Shown: one piece after another, positions 32,149-33,816 of the stretch
How the letters are laid out: each line of letters begins with the position of its first letter
Position numbering within the stretch: position 1 is the stretch's first letter
Notes under the pieces: model-generated
What the model was told of the DNA's origin: nothing
Databases searched by the model: none
The model's input: the letters and a program-made list of their open reading frames with translations, nothing else
Position numbers and translations under genes: made by a program
Assembly (NCBI GenBank): GCA_030638385.1
Contig: DAOWES010000261.1
Coordinates: 1 to 33,816, forward strand
Direction: 5' to 3'
DNA from: Candidatus Cloacimonadota bacterium
Lineage (GTDB): Bacteria; Cloacimonadota; Cloacimonadia; Cloacimonadales; TCS61
Length of the DNA stretch: 33,816 bases

Positions 32149-32161
32149 TATTTAAATGTTT
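32149..32161 (-). promoter_or_regulatory. Class E TATA-like promoter
   Basis: AAACATTTAAATA, then 21 nt (containing ACATAGTTC), then ATG 32127. Confidence 0.6.
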
Positions 32162-32362
32162 CTAATAAATCGGTTGAGAAATCTTTTTCCAGATCCTTAT
32201 CTTTTCGGCTACCTGGCAATTGCTTGAGAATTCTTTTTCTGTTGTGGGATTGATAATCAATTGAGATTTTAGATCGTCGATTCGCTTTTGGTTAGTAGGA
32301 TATAAACAAACAAACCTTCCTTCACAATTGACTGGCTCTTTAATTTCTATTAAGGGTTTCAT
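32162..32362 (-). CDS. Hypothetical protein (66 aa from ATG 32362)
   Basis: GAGG lies 7 nt upstream of ATG 32362. The track start at 32389 is a TTG inside rusA. Confidence 0.4.
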   Translation of the reverse strand: MKPLIEIKEPVNCEGRFVCLYPTNQKRIDDLKSQLIINPTTEKEFSSNCQVAEKIRIWKKISQPIY

Positions 32363-32735
32363 CGATAGCCTCGATTTTAACAATTGCAAATTCTTCTTTA
32401 TCCTGTATCTTCTTCATTTGATGATCAAAGATAAATTTGTCTTCAAGGGTGAGTCTATCGAATACTGCATCGACTAAGAACTTCTCCCTATTTGCAATAT
32501 CTTTTCTTTTGACTGATCCGTTTTTGCAATACCAGTCCTCATGAACTTCGATTGTGACCTTAAGATTTTTTCCAATCAGGCCTGTTGCTGCAAGTAATGG
32601 GTAAGCTCCAATTGCTTCTGCAATATCAACCTTAAGTTTTTTTGCTTCGGGCTTTAGATAAAATGCCCCCCATTTATTATGGCCGTGGAGATGATTAATT
32701 GTTGGAGTTTTGAATGGAATCTTAATTGTTAACAT
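32340..32735 (-). CDS. rusA: RusA-like Holliday junction resolvase (131 aa from ATG 32735)
   Basis: MLTIKIPFKTPTINHLHG... and KRKDIANREKFLVDAVFD align with the RusA N-terminal motif and the DxDN..K...D catalytic motif. Confidence 0.75.
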   Translation of the reverse strand: MLTIKIPFKTPTINHLHGHNKWGAFYLKPEAKKLKVDIAEAIGAYPLLAATGLIGKNLKVTIEVHEDWYCKNGSVKRKDIANREKFLVDAVFDRLTLEDKFIFDHQMKKIQDKEEFAIVKIEAIDETLNRN

Positions 32736-32859
32736 TTTCATTCTCCAATCTTTTATTTTTCTGATAATCTTTATGCCTGCATCGTTCGCAACAATATCTC
32801 GCACTTTTCATTTTCATCATCTTTCTCCTTCCGCAAGATTCACATGTTATCATTGGCAT
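32722..32859 (-). CDS. Micro-ORF, 45 aa zinc ribbon (not in the ORF track)
   Basis: MPMITCESCGRRKMMKMKSARYCCERCRHKDYQKNKRLENENVNN. It fills the gap between parB and rusA and overlaps the rusA start by 14 nt. Confidence 0.45.
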   Translation of the reverse strand: MPMITCESCGRRKMMKMKSARYCCERCRHKDYQKNKRLENENVNN

Positions 32860-32862
32860 TTT

Positions 32863-33816
32863 TTATTTTCTAATCCCCACTATTTTTAATTTTAAGAACT
32901 CTTTTTCTGTTTCCGATAATTCCAACTTCTTTGCAATTTTTGAGGGGAATGTGAATCGATAATTTTTCTTTGCAATTGATTTTTTGATGCAAACTTCAAA
33001 TGAATCAATTTCTTCCGGATTCAAGATTTCTTTATAGCCCTTGTCTTCAAGTTTCCCTTCAACACTGTTTGTCAATAAATCTAATTCTTTTTTTAGATCA
33101 ACAATGTGTGCAATGAAATCTTCTTTTTCTAAGGTCCCTTCCAATTTCAGAAGAGTATCACATTTGAAGCTTGTAATTCTGGCAGAGATTTTCCTGCAGT
33201 CCTCCCTTACAGATTCCATTACTTTAATATCATCCTTGAATTTATGGAAGGTTCCAAGCTTTTTCTGAAATCCATTCCACTCGCCCTTCTCTAATTTCTC
33301 AACATAAATATTCACATGAGCCTGAATGATCCTACAATTTGCTCCCTTCAAACATCTCTGGTATAAATGTTCTCGATATTTTGGATCTCCAATCCTTGCA
33401 AGTTGTTCTGCTTGTTTGATTACTAATCTCCCCTTAGCTTCTACACCACTTTTATTGAAGATTATATTCCGAGACATTGATCTTGGAAGTCTGAGCAACA
33501 TCAAATAAGTCACTGCATTGTTTTCGCTAATTCCTAGACTCTTGAGTATCTTCTCACATCTAAAAATATCATTCTCTTCAAAACCAGTGGTCTTTTTCTT
33601 TTGGTGTTCTGGATAATATCCTCGGCGTTTAAAATTCTTTAGCATATTGATCAAAGTATACATCCTCTCGGGATCATCCCGTGTTGATTTTATTTGAGAA
33701 AAAAGAAGTCTGATTGAGTTTGCTTTTTCCAGAGGGGTCAAGTCTTCCCGGATTAGATTTTCATGAACTAGATCAACCATTAAAGTATTATCCTTCTTTC
33801 TTGTTTTGATGAATGC
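32863..33816 (-). CDS. parB: ParB/Spo0J-like protein, remainder of the same gene (cut by the window end)
   Basis: The open frame continues to the window edge. It contains LTPLEKA and a ParB-type HTH (GISENNAVTYLMLLRLP), followed by a roughly 200-aa helical C-terminal region. Confidence 0.85.
   Translation of the reverse strand, partial: AFIKTRKKDNTLMVDLVHENLIREDLTPLEKANSIRLLFSQIKSTRDDPERMYTLINMLKNFKRRGYYPEHQKKKTTGFEENDIFRCEKILKSLGISENNAVTYLMLLRLPRSMSRNIIFNKSGVEAKGRLVIKQAEQLARIGDPKYREHLYQRCLKGANCRIIQAHVNIYVEKLEKGEWNGFQKKLGTFHKFKDDIKVMESVREDCRKISARITSFKCDTLLKLEGTLEKEDFIAHIVDLKKELDLLTNSVEGKLEDKGYKEILNPEEIDSFEVCIKKSIAKKNYRFTFPSKIAKKLELSETEKEFLKLKIVGIRK
33676..33816. repeat. Terminal direct repeat, right copy (identical to 1..141)
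   Basis: Same 141-nt string as bases 1-141. Confidence 0.95.

Noticed and set aside
131-33508. All remaining plus-strand ORFs in the track (60-108 aa)
   Set aside because: Each is completely contained in a longer minus-strand gene with recognisable function or coupling signals. None has a TATA-like motif or SD on the plus strand. The genome appears to be coded on one strand only.
1-33816. CRISPR array or mini-array, solitary repeat units
   Set aside because: I found no regularly spaced direct repeats of 24-40 nt. The only long exact repeat is the 141-bp terminal overlap.

Overview
The window is one complete, circularly closed virus genome. Bases 1-141 recur exactly at 33676-33816, so the unique length is 33,675 bp, and a ParB gene runs across the junction. 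Every credible gene (about 60) lies on the minus strand. All plus-strand ORFs in the track look like antisense shadows. The genome encodes a full head-tail (siphovirus-type) morphogenesis set. In transcription order (descending coordinates) this is: small-terminase-like HTH fused to a DEDDh exonuclease, SAM methyltransferase, TerL, portal, Mu-F/SPP1-gp7-like head protein, prohead protease-scaffold fusion, major capsid protein, a two-domain glycosyltransferase, connector and head-tail joining proteins, major tail protein, a tail chaperone with a -1 frameshift site, tape measure, distal tail and hub proteins, a lectin-like protein, DUF1353, and a 1410-aa fibre. An accessory and early region follows: winged-helix regulators, a Rad52-like annealing protein, YopX, SWIM-HNH endonuclease, RusA, AbrB-like protein, two ParB-fold proteins and many zinc-ribbon micro-ORFs. 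I see no DNA polymerase, primase, helicase, integrase, complete tRNA, CRISPR array or recognisable lysin. Fifteen copies of two related TATA-like motifs sit a fixed 21 (+/-1) nt upstream of an ATG that lacks a Shine-Dalgarno, while cluster-internal genes carry AGGAGG-type sites. This is the archaeal BRE/TATA plus leaderless-first-cistron pattern, so I infer an archaeal host, but that is unproven. The main candidates for novelty are: (1) three G+C-rich untranslated islands in an A+T-rich genome, two with their own promoters, including a roughly 270-nt structured leader in front of a self-contained glycosyltransferase cassette and an ORF-less roughly 140-nt transcript; (2) at least five exact G8 homopolymer tracts confined to tail genes; (3) the terminase-HTH/exonuclease fusion with a methyltransferase wedged before terL; (4) a coupled wHTH, zinc-ribbon and ParB cassette without ParA. 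All functional calls rest on motif recognition by eye and on synteny. No database search was run.
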